Positions 26,061 through 35,832 of a stretch of 46,528 nt of DNA are shown one piece after another. Origin of the DNA: Thermoflexales bacterium (GTDB lineage: Bacteria; Chloroflexota; Anaerolineae; J036; Brachytrichaceae); the NCBI GenBank assembly GCA_025054635.1, contig JANWZM010000042.1, forward strand, positions 1 to 46,528, in the 5' to 3' direction. The notes below the pieces were generated by a model, which saw nothing but the letters and a program-made list of their open reading frames with translations, did no database searches and was not told the origin of the DNA. Made by a program: the position numbers and the translations under genes. The stretch's first letter is position 1; every line of letters begins with the position of its first letter.

Positions 26061-27431
26061 TTATAGCGGCGTTGCGCCTAAGCGAATCACATGCCGCTTG
26101 TCCCCCTGCACGCCGTCCGTGGCGTTGACGCAGTCAACGACAGACCGACTGTGTTGAACGACAAAGCCGTAATCCACAACCCGATGCCCAGTCACGATGA
26201 TTGAGCAATCTGCCTCTCGAACCAGAGCCTCGGTCAACGGTTGGGAGAGCAGCTCAATCGGCTGTCGCAAGAAGACATCCCCGCCAACGCGGAAGCGCGG
26301 CACGTAAGGGTCGTGATATTTCACCTGCGCGCCGCGGCGCATCAGCAGCTCGATCACGCGCTCGGCAGGTGAGTTGCGCGGGTCGTCTATGTCGCGCTTG
26401 AACGCGACACCCAAAATCAGAATCTTTGCCTCACGCATCGGTACTTTGACGCTGGCTAGGGCGCGCTCAGCAAGCTCGACGACGTGGAACGGCATGCTCT
26501 GGTTGACCTCTGCCGCCAGCTCGATGAACTTGGTGTAAAAGTCGAACTCGCGCGCTTTCCACGACAAGTAGTAAGGGTCAACGCCGATGCAATGTCCGCC
26601 AACCCCGGCACCTGGTGTGAACGGCATGAAGCCGAAGGGCTTCGTCGAAGCGGCACGAATGACTTCCCAGATGTCGATCCCCATGCGCTCGCTGAGCAAC
26701 GCAAGCTCGTTCACCAAAGCGATGTTTACAGAGCGAAAGATGTTCTCAAGCAGCTTGGTCATCTCCGCGGCGCGCGGCGAGGACACTAGGTGAACGGGTG
26801 CACCGAGCGCCCCCAGCACAGCCGCCGCACGTAAAGTCGCCTCACGGGTGATGCCGCCGACGACTTTCGGCGTGTTGGTCACCGTCCAGTCTGTCCGACC
26901 AGGGTCAATCCGCTCCGGCGAGAAGGCTAGGTCAAAGTCAACCCCGGCTTTCAAGCCGCTGCGTTCCAAGATCGGCTGAACGATCTCTTCCGTAGTGCCA
27001 GGATAAGTTGTGCTTTGCAGGATAACAAGCTGACCGCGCTGTAGATGAGGCTGGATACCCTCCGAAGCGGCGACAACGTAGGACAAGTCCGGTGCGCGCA
27101 TGGCGTCGAATGGGGTTGGCACGCAGATAAAGATTACGTCCCGATCGCGCAGCGCGCTGTAGTCTGTGGTCGCCTGGAGGCAGCCTGCTGAGACCACTGC
27201 CGCAACGCGCTGACTAGGCACATCAGGGATGTAGCTGCAGCCCGCATTGAGCTGCGCAACTTTGCGCGCGTCAATGTCTATTCCAATCACATGGCGATGC
27301 GCGGCAGCGAAAGCAGCCGCTAGTGGCAGCCCTACATACCCGAGACCGATGATGGCGATGCGTTCGTCGGTTCGATACAGGGTTGAACGCTCGGCTTGAG
27401 AGAGTTCTAGTCGGTTGTCTTGAGTCTCCAT
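26061..27431 (-). CDS. UDP-N-acetyl-hexosamine (ManNAc/GlcNAc) dehydrogenase, nucleotide-sugar dehydrogenase family
   Basis: 456 aa from ATG 27431. Rossmann motif RIAIIGLGYVGLPLAAAF. The catalytic Cys context GGHCIGVDPYYL is typical of the WecC/WbpA/Cap5O subgroup rather than UDP-glucose dehydrogenase. The 100-aa ORF-track extension is Cys/His-rich nonsense overlapping the upstream gene. Confidence 0.85.
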   Translation of the reverse strand: METQDNRLELSQAERSTLYRTDERIAIIGLGYVGLPLAAAFAAAHRHVIGIDIDARKVAQLNAGCSYIPDVPSQRVAAVVSAGCLQATTDYSALRDRDVIFICVPTPFDAMRAPDLSYVVAASEGIQPHLQRGQLVILQSTTYPGTTEEIVQPILERSGLKAGVDFDLAFSPERIDPGRTDWTVTNTPKVVGGITREATLRAAAVLGALGAPVHLVSSPRAAEMTKLLENIFRSVNIALVNELALLSERMGIDIWEVIRAASTKPFGFMPFTPGAGVGGHCIGVDPYYLSWKAREFDFYTKFIELAAEVNQSMPFHVVELAERALASVKVPMREAKILILGVAFKRDIDDPRNSPAERVIELLMRRGAQVKYHDPYVPRFRVGGDVFLRQPIELLSQPLTEALVREADCSIIVTGHRVVDYGFVVQHSRSVVDCVNATDGVQGDKRHVIRLGATPL

Positions 27432-28420
27432 GGTCCGAATTCGAACAGCCAGAGGGCATACCCAGCGGCGATAAGCAGCGCTGCGGCAATGATGAGGTTG
27501 GCAACAACACTCGCTGCAGAGGCAATGATTCCCGTGATGCCAAGCGCAGTGCAAACTAGGTAGAGCATCATTACTGTCTCGCGCTTGGTGAAACCCTGGT
27601 TGTGAATCCGGTGAGAGGTGTGATCTTTCCCGGGCGTCGTGAGCGGGTTCTTCCCTCGGCGCAAGCGCGAGATGACCACGAGTGTCATGTCGAAGACTGG
27701 CAACGCCATCACAATCAACGGCGTCATCCACGAGACCAGCGGGCTTTGACCGACGAAACGGAGCTTGATCGCAATGCAGGCGAGCAGAAAGCCTAGAAAC
27801 ATGCTGCCCGAGTCACCCATGAACACGTTTGCGGGGTTCAAGTTCCACACCAAGAAGCCGATGCACGCCCCCAGTACCGCGGCACTTAGCAACGCTACGA
27901 GGTATTGACCATTGATCACTGCCAGCGCCATGAAGAAAGCCGAGATCACCGCGCTGATCCCTGCCAGCAGCCCATCCATGTTGTCGAGGAAATTCATCGC
28001 GTTCGAGATGCCGACAATCCAGACGACGGTTAAAACAGCGTCGAGGACTGGGCTAGCCAAGAGGCTAATCCGCACATCGAACGCCCAAACGAACAATGCC
28101 GCCAGCATCTGTAGAGGCAGCCGGACATAGGCGCTGATCTGGAAGCGGTCGTCAACCAGTCCGAGGAAGGACATGAAGGCAGCGCCGAGCAGGATCGCTG
28201 CAAGCTGTCTGAACCCGAGGCGGTCGCCTGCAACCACTGCGAAGAGCATTACCCCGGCGACAATTGCAATGCCACCGAGCTTCGGCACAGGCACTGTGTG
28301 AATGTCACGCGCGCGCGGGTGTGCAACAAGCCCAAAGCGAGGCGCAAGGCGCTTGCTCAGCGGTGTAACCGCAACGGCAATCAATAGTGCACCAAAGAAG
28401 ATCAGCAGCAGATCGACCAT
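27407..28420 (-). CDS. polyprenyl-phosphate N-acetylhexosamine-1-phosphate transferase (WecA/MraY family, GT4)
   Basis: 337 aa and polytopic. PKLGGIAIVAG, GLVDDR and NAMNFLDNMDGL motifs. Confidence 0.85.
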   Translation of the reverse strand: MVDLLLIFFGALLIAVAVTPLSKRLAPRFGLVAHPRARDIHTVPVPKLGGIAIVAGVMLFAVVAGDRLGFRQLAAILLGAAFMSFLGLVDDRFQISAYVRLPLQMLAALFVWAFDVRISLLASPVLDAVLTVVWIVGISNAMNFLDNMDGLLAGISAVISAFFMALAVINGQYLVALLSAAVLGACIGFLVWNLNPANVFMGDSGSMFLGFLLACIAIKLRFVGQSPLVSWMTPLIVMALPVFDMTLVVISRLRRGKNPLTTPGKDHTSHRIHNQGFTKRETVMMLYLVCTALGITGIIASAASVVANLIIAAALLIAAGYALWLFEFGPWRLKTTD

Positions 28421-28425
28421 CCGGC

Positions 28426-31400
28426 TTACCTCGGTGCAGCAAGCTGCTGCACGAATGCCTGCATAGCAGGTTGCTGTTCAGGCGGCATCAGCGGCAGAGC
28501 GCGCTCGGCAAACTCTTTCGCTCTCTCCAAGTCGCCGACATCGCGATAGAGCACCGCGAGATTCTTCAGCGCGTTCCAATCAGTGGGGTTCAAACGAACG
28601 ATGTTCTGCGTTGCAGTGATTGCTGCGTATAGATCGCCTGTCTCGATGCTCAAGCGGGCGATCTCCTGATACACGTTGATCGAGTTCGGGGCGAGCTCAG
28701 CCGCTCGCTGCAACAGTGTTTTCGCTTCTTTCAGGTGCTTCGTGCGCTCCTCGGGCTTGTCCAACAGCGTGTTCGCCTTCTCAACATGCCAACTTGCGAG
28801 CAGTGCATAAGTCTGGTCAAAACGCGGGTCAAGCTCGAGCGAGCGATCAAACTTCTCCTTTGCCTTGTCCAAGTCACGGAAGGAATACAAGTGCAGTGTC
28901 CCCCACTCGTTCCAGATGCCGGCGTTGTTCGGGCTGAGGCTTGTGGCAGTGGCATACTCGAGGTCGGAGTTACGCAGACGCGTCATGCGTAGCTCGGGGT
29001 CGGCAGTGATATCGGCTGCCTGACGCCACATGCGCGCAAGGTTTGCGCTGTGGTCGGTGTTAAGCGGGTTGATGATGCGCGCAGCCTCGAGGATGATACG
29101 CGCTGCAGCGAGCAAATCTTCTCGACTGAGTGAAGCGGAGGGAAGGGCATCAGGTGTCGGGCGCCGCCAGACTGTCGAGTTAGCGTCAATCAGCGTCGTA
29201 AACGCCACATCGTCGGGCAGTCGGCGCTCGGCTGTCTGGACGGGAGTCGACTTTGCTTTCTCTAGCAACGCACGTCCAAGCCAGAGGTAGTAGAAGTCTT
29301 CATTCCGCGCCAGGTCGATCGCACGGCGGTAGTGTTCAATCGCCAGATCCCAACCTTGGATGCCGCTGCCAGGAGCGACCTCGCGTGAACCTTGCTGATC
29401 CCATGGGCTTGCTTGCTTATAGACGATATCAGCCGCAATTGGCTGCAAGTTGCTGAAGGCAGCGTTGACAGGAACAAACACAGCGACTGCTGCAAGCGTC
29501 GTCAGCCCCGTCAAACTGCTGGACTGAGTGATGGCGACAGGTGATTCGTTGCGCAGCGCGAATGCTGCCGCGACCATCACGCCAAGAATTGCTAAGTAGA
29601 GGTAGGCAGGGAAGGCACCGAGCTGGTCTGCGATACTCAGGATCGTACCGATGGTGTTCTGCGTCGCAGAGGCGAACTCTGCCAGACGCCCGCCGATGAA
29701 CGTGCCCATCAGCACCCACAGCAGCAACCCGAGTGAGAGGATCAGTCCTCCTGCTGCCAGTGTCTGCTCCGTAGTATGCAGCACATCGGCGCGGCGCAGC
29801 TCAGCGAGGACAAGCGCAGTGCCAACAGCCAGCGTGCCCAGCATCATGCTCAGGATGCCGAGGCTATTCTGACTCTTCTGCGGCAGGAAAGTCAGCGCGC
29901 TGGCAAATACCTGACCTGCACTTGTGGCGCGCACAGCATTGTTGACAAAGTCAAAGGCAAGCACTGCCATGATCAAGCCGATGAACAAACCGTATGCAGC
30001 GACGGTGCCAAACCAGACGGGCAGCGAGCTGGAGACAAGTGGTGCCGCGCGCGCGGCGCGCGCAGCAGCCTGCTGTGCTGCGCGGCGCTGTCGGCGTGTG
30101 CCTCCTGCAAGCACAACGACGGCTTTTGGCTCAGACGCGGCAACTGGCTCTGGCTCAGCAGCCTTGACTGTTTCCTCGCGGATCAGCCCTGTGCCGACAA
30201 CGACCATAATCCCGATCAGCGCCCAGAAATACGTTCGCGTCGCAGCAATAGCGATGCCGGTGTGAATTTCAACAAAGTGGGCGACCACTGTGGCGATGAT
30301 GGCGATGATCAGAAGCTGGTCGCGCAAGGGGAGTGAGGTCGCTGGCTCAGTGTCTTCTGCGCGCAATGCGTTGATTAGCGCGCTGATGAACAAAAACGGC
30401 ATCAACCCAAGCAGAGTGATTCCCCCTGCCAACCCGACACCAAACAGAGGTGTGTTGCCTGTGGCAATCAGGTATCCGCCAACAGCTGCTCCGCCAGCGA
30501 TCCACAAGGCAATGAACAGCCAGCCCTCGAATCGTGAGGCAATCAACCCCACCCAGCGCGCCCCGTAATACAGCACGCTCATGAACAAGAACATGTAGGC
30601 GACAAAGCCAACAACACCTGTGATCACAAGTGCGTCCCAGGTCTCGTTGTGGCTGCGATCCGGCGAAGCATTGCGCGCCTCGAACCAAGCCAACTTGGGC
30701 GGGTAGAACCGGTTGTAGGCGACATACATGGACTCCGGTCCGTAGCCAACGAGGGGGCGAATCGCGTTGAACGGGTCAGGCTTGCCATCTGGCATCTGAA
30801 TAGGGTCGTGTGGTGCAACCAGTCGTGCTGCACCGTCCCAGATCAGCACACGCACTGCATTTGTGCCCTCTTCTGTTGTCAGCACAGTGCTCAAGCGGGC
30901 GAAGAGCGGAAATTGCCGGAGCCATGCGTAGTTGGGATCGGGTCGAGTAATATTCAGAAAAATGAGAAAGGATAATCCGCCGAGCGCTGCTAGGATCGTT
31001 GCACCCGTTAGCACCAGGCGCAGTCTGCGCTGCCTGATGAGCTGCACCAGCAGCATCACGAAGAACAGCACACCGCCAAGCCAGCCAAGCTGAGGACCGC
31101 GACTGCCAGCGAGGATCAGCACGACGATCGCGTTGAACAGAGCTATCAGGCTATACAACCCAATTCGAACCACATCTGTCCAACGAGGTTGCTTGTCGCG
31201 GAAGACAGCGAAGGCGCTTTCAGTGATGCGATAAAGGTTGATGAAGAAAGTCATCACCAAGTAAGCGGCGATGAAGATCGAGTTGCCCATGTTTCCTGCC
31301 ACGCGCTCAACCGTGTCGCCGCCCCATGGCAATGGGTCGATCTGTAGGCGTTGGAACAAGCCATAGACGGAGATCGGCAGTGAGTTCAACACGATCAGCG

Positions 31401-31947
31401 TCAACGCTCGCTCCAGTTGTGCTCGGGTGCGCATGCCCTGCACAATCATCAGGAAGACGATGATGTAAGCAAACGTCGTGTATGTGCCCTGCAGACGCTG
31501 ATAAGAGCCGAGCAGGCTGGTGCGCGGCGCGACTGACAGTGCTGTGCTCAGCAAATACACCACTACGAGGACGAGCGTTGGCAGCACCAGAGGGGTGCGC
31601 CAAGAGACCACGCGCTCGCGCGCAGGGTTGCGGCGCTCCTCGATCCACTTCACTAGCCATGCGGCAGCCATCACCAGCGCGATCGAGCGCAGCGTGGTGA
31701 GCTTGTCTGGTTCGAAGACGCGGCTGGAGTAAATGTTGAAGAACAGCGGCACCACGATCAGGGCGGCTAGCCACCCTGCTTCGATGACGCGATCACACCA
31801 CACGCTCAGCGTGCTTGCAGCGGACGGCCGAACCTGAGACTGGTCGGAGGCAGCCTCACTCCCCCCGGGTAGCACATCCCTCGGTAAAGATGCGCTCAGT
31901 CCATCTGCGCGTGTGTCTGCTTTGGTTGAAATGCGAACCGAAGCCAT
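28426..31947 (-). CDS. giant polytopic membrane protein, O-antigen-ligase/polymerase-like (Wzy_C-like) N-terminal two-thirds fused to C-terminal TPR repeats
   Basis: About 1170 aa from ATG 31947 (GAGAGGG SD). It has more than 15 hydrophobic helices. The C-terminal TPR-like repeats include YYLWLGRALLEKAK, AGIWNEWGTLHLYS, YALLASWHVEKAN, NVYQEIARLSIETGDLYAAI and WNALKNLAVLYRDVGDLERAKEFAERAL. The ligase assignment rests on overall resemblance and is less certain than the gene call. Confidence 0.65.
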   Translation of the reverse strand: MASVRISTKADTRADGLSASLPRDVLPGGSEAASDQSQVRPSAASTLSVWCDRVIEAGWLAALIVVPLFFNIYSSRVFEPDKLTTLRSIALVMAAAWLVKWIEERRNPARERVVSWRTPLVLPTLVLVVVYLLSTALSVAPRTSLLGSYQRLQGTYTTFAYIIVFLMIVQGMRTRAQLERALTLIVLNSLPISVYGLFQRLQIDPLPWGGDTVERVAGNMGNSIFIAAYLVMTFFINLYRITESAFAVFRDKQPRWTDVVRIGLYSLIALFNAIVVLILAGSRGPQLGWLGGVLFFVMLLVQLIRQRRLRLVLTGATILAALGGLSFLIFLNITRPDPNYAWLRQFPLFARLSTVLTTEEGTNAVRVLIWDGAARLVAPHDPIQMPDGKPDPFNAIRPLVGYGPESMYVAYNRFYPPKLAWFEARNASPDRSHNETWDALVITGVVGFVAYMFLFMSVLYYGARWVGLIASRFEGWLFIALWIAGGAAVGGYLIATGNTPLFGVGLAGGITLLGLMPFLFISALINALRAEDTEPATSLPLRDQLLIIAIIATVVAHFVEIHTGIAIAATRTYFWALIGIMVVVGTGLIREETVKAAEPEPVAASEPKAVVVLAGGTRRQRRAAQQAAARAARAAPLVSSSLPVWFGTVAAYGLFIGLIMAVLAFDFVNNAVRATSAGQVFASALTFLPQKSQNSLGILSMMLGTLAVGTALVLAELRRADVLHTTEQTLAAGGLILSLGLLLWVLMGTFIGGRLAEFASATQNTIGTILSIADQLGAFPAYLYLAILGVMVAAAFALRNESPVAITQSSSLTGLTTLAAVAVFVPVNAAFSNLQPIAADIVYKQASPWDQQGSREVAPGSGIQGWDLAIEHYRRAIDLARNEDFYYLWLGRALLEKAKSTPVQTAERRLPDDVAFTTLIDANSTVWRRPTPDALPSASLSREDLLAAARIILEAARIINPLNTDHSANLARMWRQAADITADPELRMTRLRNSDLEYATATSLSPNNAGIWNEWGTLHLYSFRDLDKAKEKFDRSLELDPRFDQTYALLASWHVEKANTLLDKPEERTKHLKEAKTLLQRAAELAPNSINVYQEIARLSIETGDLYAAITATQNIVRLNPTDWNALKNLAVLYRDVGDLERAKEFAERALPLMPPEQQPAMQAFVQQLAAPR

Positions 31948-32164
31948 AACCCTCTCGTCTGTGAGGTAAACTGTAACACATCGCGCCCGTGCCCCTGCAA
32001 GGTTGAAGAGCGTCTGCAGTTGAGAACACGGCGCTTCTCGCGCCGCTTCCCCCACATCTTTGCCTCTCTCCTACACAAGAGGGGGAGACCAGGGATTCAA
32101 GCAGGGCGACACGCCCTCATCCCGGACGCATGGATGGTTACCTTTCTTTCGCTGCCCCTGACCC

Positions 32165-32170
32165 TACAAT
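32165..32170 (+). promoter_or_regulatory. -10 hexamer TACAAT 7 nt upstream of the mtaD-like ATG (leaderless-type geometry)
   Basis: The plus strand reads cccTACAATtctgtgcATG. No SD. Confidence 0.3.
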
Positions 32171-32177
32171 TCTGTGC

Positions 32178-33518
32178 ATGTCCGCATTTGACCTGCTGCT
32201 TGTCAGCTGCGACGTCCTCACCCGCGATGGCAACGCCTACCGAGTTGCCCCAGACTGCGACATTGCGATCAGTGGCAACCGAATTGTCGAGGTGTTGCCT
32301 ACTGGGCAGATTGACCCTGGGCAGGCAAAGAGCACAGTCAACGCCCAGGACATGTTCGCCATTCCGGGCTTGATCAACACGCACACGCACGCCGCAATGG
32401 TGCTCTTCCGTGGCTTAGCAGAGGATATTCCGATTGAGTCGTGGTTCAACGACTACATCTGGCCGCTTGAAAGCAACGAAGAGCCAGAGGACATCTACTG
32501 GGGCACGTTGCTGGCAATCGCTGAGATGATCCAAAGCGGTGTCACGACGTTCGCCGACCACTACTTCTTTTGCGACGAAATCGCCCAAGCCATATCGGAG
32601 ACAGGCATCCGCGCACACATCGGTTGGGCTGTGTTCGGACATGAAGGTCTGACAAAACTCGACCAAACCGTTGACTTCGCTCGCCGCTGGCAAGGCGGGG
32701 CTGGTGGACGCATCACGACCTGGATGGCACCGCATTCACCCTACCTGTGCGATGTTGACTTCTTGCGCGAAACCGCTGCCCGCGCAAAGGCGCTAGGCAC
32801 GGGCATTCACATCCACTGCAGTGAGACGCACGAGCAGGTCACCTACAGCCTTGAGCAACACGGCGTGACGCCTCCAGGCATGCTTCATCGCGCAGGCGTG
32901 TTCGATGTGCCTGTTCTACTCGCCCACGGGATCGGCTTAACTCCAGCGGACATCGCCCTGCTGAAAGACCACGACGTTGCTATATCTCAGTGTCCCAAGA
33001 CCTACATGAAGCTGGCGATGGGCACAGCGCCTGTGCGCGATCTGCGCGCTGCGGGCATCCCCGTTGGGATCGGCACAGATGGTGTTGTCAGCAGCAACAC
33101 ACTAGATGTATTGGAGCAGATGCGCCTGCTTGCGCTAGACCAGAAGCAAGCCGCAAAAGACTCCACGGTGTTGCCCATCCAGGAAGTGCTGGATATTGCC
33201 TTCGCGGGCGGCGCTGCTGCCTTGCGCTCGCCTGACCTGGGCGAGATTGCGCCTGGGAAGCTGGCTGATGTTGTGCTCTTACGCACAGATGGCGCGCACT
33301 TCTTTCCGCGATATGACCTGCTGGCGAACCTTGTTTATTCTGCTCGCGCGAGCGATGTGGACACTGTGATCTGCGACGGCAAGGTGCTGATGCAAGGTCG
33401 CCAGTTGCTCACGATAGACCTACCTCGCGTCAAGGCAGAAGTCGCTGCGCGGATGCAACGGCTCAACCAGCGCGCCACCGAAAGGCGCCTGGCAACTTAC
33501 CCTGTGCCGCAGAAGTGA
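32178..33518 (+). CDS. mtaD: 5-methylthioadenosine/S-adenosylhomocysteine deaminase-like amidohydrolase
   Basis: INTHTHAAMVLFRGLAEDIPIESWFNDYIWPLE, then HCSE and GTDG metal-ligand contexts. The start is taken at ATG 32178 (MSAFDLLLVSCDVL). ATG 32130 cannot be excluded. Confidence 0.8.
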   Translation: MSAFDLLLVSCDVLTRDGNAYRVAPDCDIAISGNRIVEVLPTGQIDPGQAKSTVNAQDMFAIPGLINTHTHAAMVLFRGLAEDIPIESWFNDYIWPLESNEEPEDIYWGTLLAIAEMIQSGVTTFADHYFFCDEIAQAISETGIRAHIGWAVFGHEGLTKLDQTVDFARRWQGGAGGRITTWMAPHSPYLCDVDFLRETAARAKALGTGIHIHCSETHEQVTYSLEQHGVTPPGMLHRAGVFDVPVLLAHGIGLTPADIALLKDHDVAISQCPKTYMKLAMGTAPVRDLRAAGIPVGIGTDGVVSSNTLDVLEQMRLLALDQKQAAKDSTVLPIQEVLDIAFAGGAAALRSPDLGEIAPGKLADVVLLRTDGAHFFPRYDLLANLVYSARASDVDTVICDGKVLMQGRQLLTIDLPRVKAEVAARMQRLNQRATERRLATYPVPQK

Positions 33519-34642
33519 AGCTCGCCCCAGTCCTGCACGCGCCCATCGCGCAGGGTGGCAAACAAGCCCATCTTGTAGCCACCTGCGGGATAGTGTCGGC
33601 GGTTGATGCGGAAGTTGTCCTCCTTGAAGCCGACTTTGTAACGCTCGCCTTTGCTCCCCAGCCCGCATCCCAACCCAATCGGGTCAATGTGCAGCTCGAG
33701 GTTGACGATGTCCCCGTAGATGTGCCAGCGCACAATGAGGATGTCGGGGTCATTGTGTGGCACAAACTCGAACGGCACGGGCGTGCAGAAGGTGTAGCCG
33801 GGCGCGTCGGGGTTGAGTTTTGCTGCCCAGAACGGGTTGTCCGGGCCGCAGGGGGGCAAACTCGGGGTGGGCGTGAGCTGCGGTGTGGGCGTCGCTGCAG
33901 GAAGCAGCGGCACGAGCGCAACGGTCGGCTGCACAAGTGCAACTGCTGCTGGCGTTGCTGTCGGAGGCAGCGCAATCACAGGCGCGGTTTGAGCGACGGC
34001 GTTTGCTTGGACGAGATCGGCGAACACCCAGCCCTCCTTGTCATCGCTGAGGCGGATGCGCCACCAGCGACCGTCTGCGCTGCGCCCAGTGACCAACGCG
34101 CGTTGATCGCGTTGCAACTGCCCAACCTGAGCGAAGGCTGTGCTCGGACCGCTGCGCACGTTGGCAAATTCGTTGGTCACAACCAGGCTCGCTAACTCAG
34201 GCGTCGCGGTAGGTGTTGGTGGCTCAGCAGTGGGGGTAGGCTCTGCTGTCGGTTCAGGCAGCGCAGTGGGCGAAGGCGCCGGCGTTGGTGGATTGACGAC
34301 AAGCACAGCGATGATGTCTGAACGCACACGCATGCCCTCAGCGGTCTGACCCTCAACGAAGAGAATCGTGCTCCCTAGGCGAGTCGGCGTCCACTCGAAA
34401 GAGAAGCGCGTGCCTTGCGCTTGCGCCTGCGCAACAGGCATGCCATCAACCGTCAGCATCACCTGCTGCATCACTGCCCCGCTCCACTCCACAGAGAGGC
34501 TGAGCGATTGCCCGAGGGCAACTGTGCTGCCGTTGGCTGGTTGCGTGATGCGAAGCGTTGGTGCAGGGGTTGGTTCTGGCGCAGCGCAGCCAAAGATGAG
34601 GAGACTTGCCCCAAACAGACTTACGGCGTGCTGCCAGCGCAT
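33497..34642 (-). CDS. lipoprotein: Ig-like domain, P/T linker, SH3b-like domain, P/T linker, unassigned 4-Cys C-terminal domain
   Basis: Signal peptide plus a lipobox-like LIFGC. SH3b-like string FANVRSGPSTAFAQVGQLQRDQRALVTGRSADGRWWRIRLSDDKEGWVFADLV. AGGAGG SD. The 3' end overlaps the convergent mtaD by 22 nt. Confidence 0.7.
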   Translation of the reverse strand: MRWQHAVSLFGASLLIFGCAAPEPTPAPTLRITQPANGSTVALGQSLSLSVEWSGAVMQQVMLTVDGMPVAQAQAQGTRFSFEWTPTRLGSTILFVEGQTAEGMRVRSDIIAVLVVNPPTPAPSPTALPEPTAEPTPTAEPPTPTATPELASLVVTNEFANVRSGPSTAFAQVGQLQRDQRALVTGRSADGRWWRIRLSDDKEGWVFADLVQANAVAQTAPVIALPPTATPAAVALVQPTVALVPLLPAATPTPQLTPTPSLPPCGPDNPFWAAKLNPDAPGYTFCTPVPFEFVPHNDPDILIVRWHIYGDIVNLELHIDPIGLGCGLGSKGERYKVGFKEDNFRINRRHYPAGGYKMGLFATLRDGRVQDWGELHFCGTG

Positions 34643-34666
34643 TCCGCCTCCTGAGGGTACGGCAAG

Positions 34667-35800
34667 CTACCTTGCAGGCTGAGCTTCTAGTACCCCCTCT
34701 TCAGTTTCTCGGATGAGGTGTTGGACGACCGCCTTTAGGTCGCCAGTTTGGCGGTAAACCGCGAGTTGGCGGTCAGCGCTGCTGCCCTCTTCAAGGATGC
34801 GATAGGCGTATTCGACTTCTTTACGGCAGCCAAGCTCATCAACTACGTCGCCGATAAACCACTCGAGCAACTCGCGGATCAACTCGCGGGCAGGGCGCTC
34901 CTCCTGCTTTCCCAGGTCGAGCAGTTTGCCGTCCAACCCGTAGCGCACTGCGCGCCACTTGTTCTCGCTGATCAGCTCAGTTTGGTAGATGCGGAAGGTG
35001 ATGTTGTCGCGGCGCATCTTCCACAGCTTGTAGCAGATCGCTTGGAAGATTGCTGCGACGCACACCGCCTCATCCACGCGCGTGCAAGCGTCGCAGACGC
35101 GGAACTCCAGCGTGGGGTACTTCTGATTAGGGCGTATATCCCACCAAATCTTGGTGGCGTCGGGGATGCAATTAGTGCGGACTAGGACGTTAACGAACTG
35201 GTCGAAGTCAGCGCGGCTGTTGAAGATTGGCGGAATACCCGTGCGAGGGAAATTGCTGAAGATGATGCTGCGGTAGCTCTTCAAGCCAGTGTCTTGTCCG
35301 AGCCAGAAGGGTGAGCTGGTGGTCAAGCACAGCACATGCGGCACAAAGTAGCGCGCGACCTTCATGCAGTCAATGGCAAACTCAGGGTCTTCGATGCCGA
35401 TGTGGACGTGCGTGCCGAAGATGAGCAATTGTTGAGCGAGCTGCGCCATGTCTTTGCGCACGCCGTTGTAGCGCTCCATCGGCGTGATCTCCTGCTCATT
35501 CCAATGCGAGAAGGGATGCGTGCCGGCTGAGGCGATGCGCAAGTTGTTCTTGTAGGCTAGGGTCATCACCCCGCGCCGCAGCCGAATCAGCTCGGCGCGC
35601 GCCTCTGCTGCCGTGCTGCACACGTTTGTGCCGATCTCGACGATCGATTGGTGAAGCTCTGGCTTCAGCTCCAGCTCCGTCATTTTCATCGTGCGCCGGT
35701 CTTCAAGAAGTTGGGTGATATACGAGCGGAGCTCATAGGTGTTCGGGTCAATGATCTGATACTCTTCCTCGATGCCGATGTTGAAGCTGGGTCTCCTCAT
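34667..35800 (-). CDS. carboxylate-amine ligase, YbdK / glutamate-cysteine ligase family 2 (GCS2)
   Basis: The start is taken at ATG 35800, preceded by GGAGGAGG with 5-nt spacing. The ORF-track start is a TTG at 35836. Motifs [24 protein letters not shown] and [10 protein letters not shown]. Confidence 0.85.
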   Translation of the reverse strand: MRRPSFNIGIEEEYQIIDPNTYELRSYITQLLEDRRTMKMTELELKPELHQSIVEIGTNVCSTAAEARAELIRLRRGVMTLAYKNNLRIASAGTHPFSHWNEQEITPMERYNGVRKDMAQLAQQLLIFGTHVHIGIEDPEFAIDCMKVARYFVPHVLCLTTSSPFWLGQDTGLKSYRSIIFSNFPRTGIPPIFNSRADFDQFVNVLVRTNCIPDATKIWWDIRPNQKYPTLEFRVCDACTRVDEAVCVAAIFQAICYKLWKMRRDNITFRIYQTELISENKWRAVRYGLDGKLLDLGKQEERPARELIRELLEWFIGDVVDELGCRKEVEYAYRILEEGSSADRQLAVYRQTGDLKAVVQHLIRETEEGVLEAQPAR

Positions 35801-35832
35801 CTCTGCCTCCTCCGAGCTGGAATACGGGGAAC

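Noticed and set aside
26055-26070. A small hairpin gccgct-ttat-agcggc spanning the dehydrogenase stop codon.
   Set aside because: The stem is only 6 bp, it overlaps coding sequence and there is no U-tract. The stronger hairpin at 26003-26030 is the more plausible terminator.
31948-32177. Looked for a SAM/SAH-type riboswitch or other structured leader in the 230-bp region upstream of the mtaD-like gene. Also looked for a cobalamin riboswitch upstream of the PduO-type gene (11120-11195) and a preQ1 element upstream of queA (6917-6945).
   Set aside because: I could find no conserved riboswitch core sequences or convincing multi-stem structures. The mtaD-like and PduO-type genes have -10 boxes 7 nt from the ATG, which leaves no leader. 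The queA spacer is only 29 nt.
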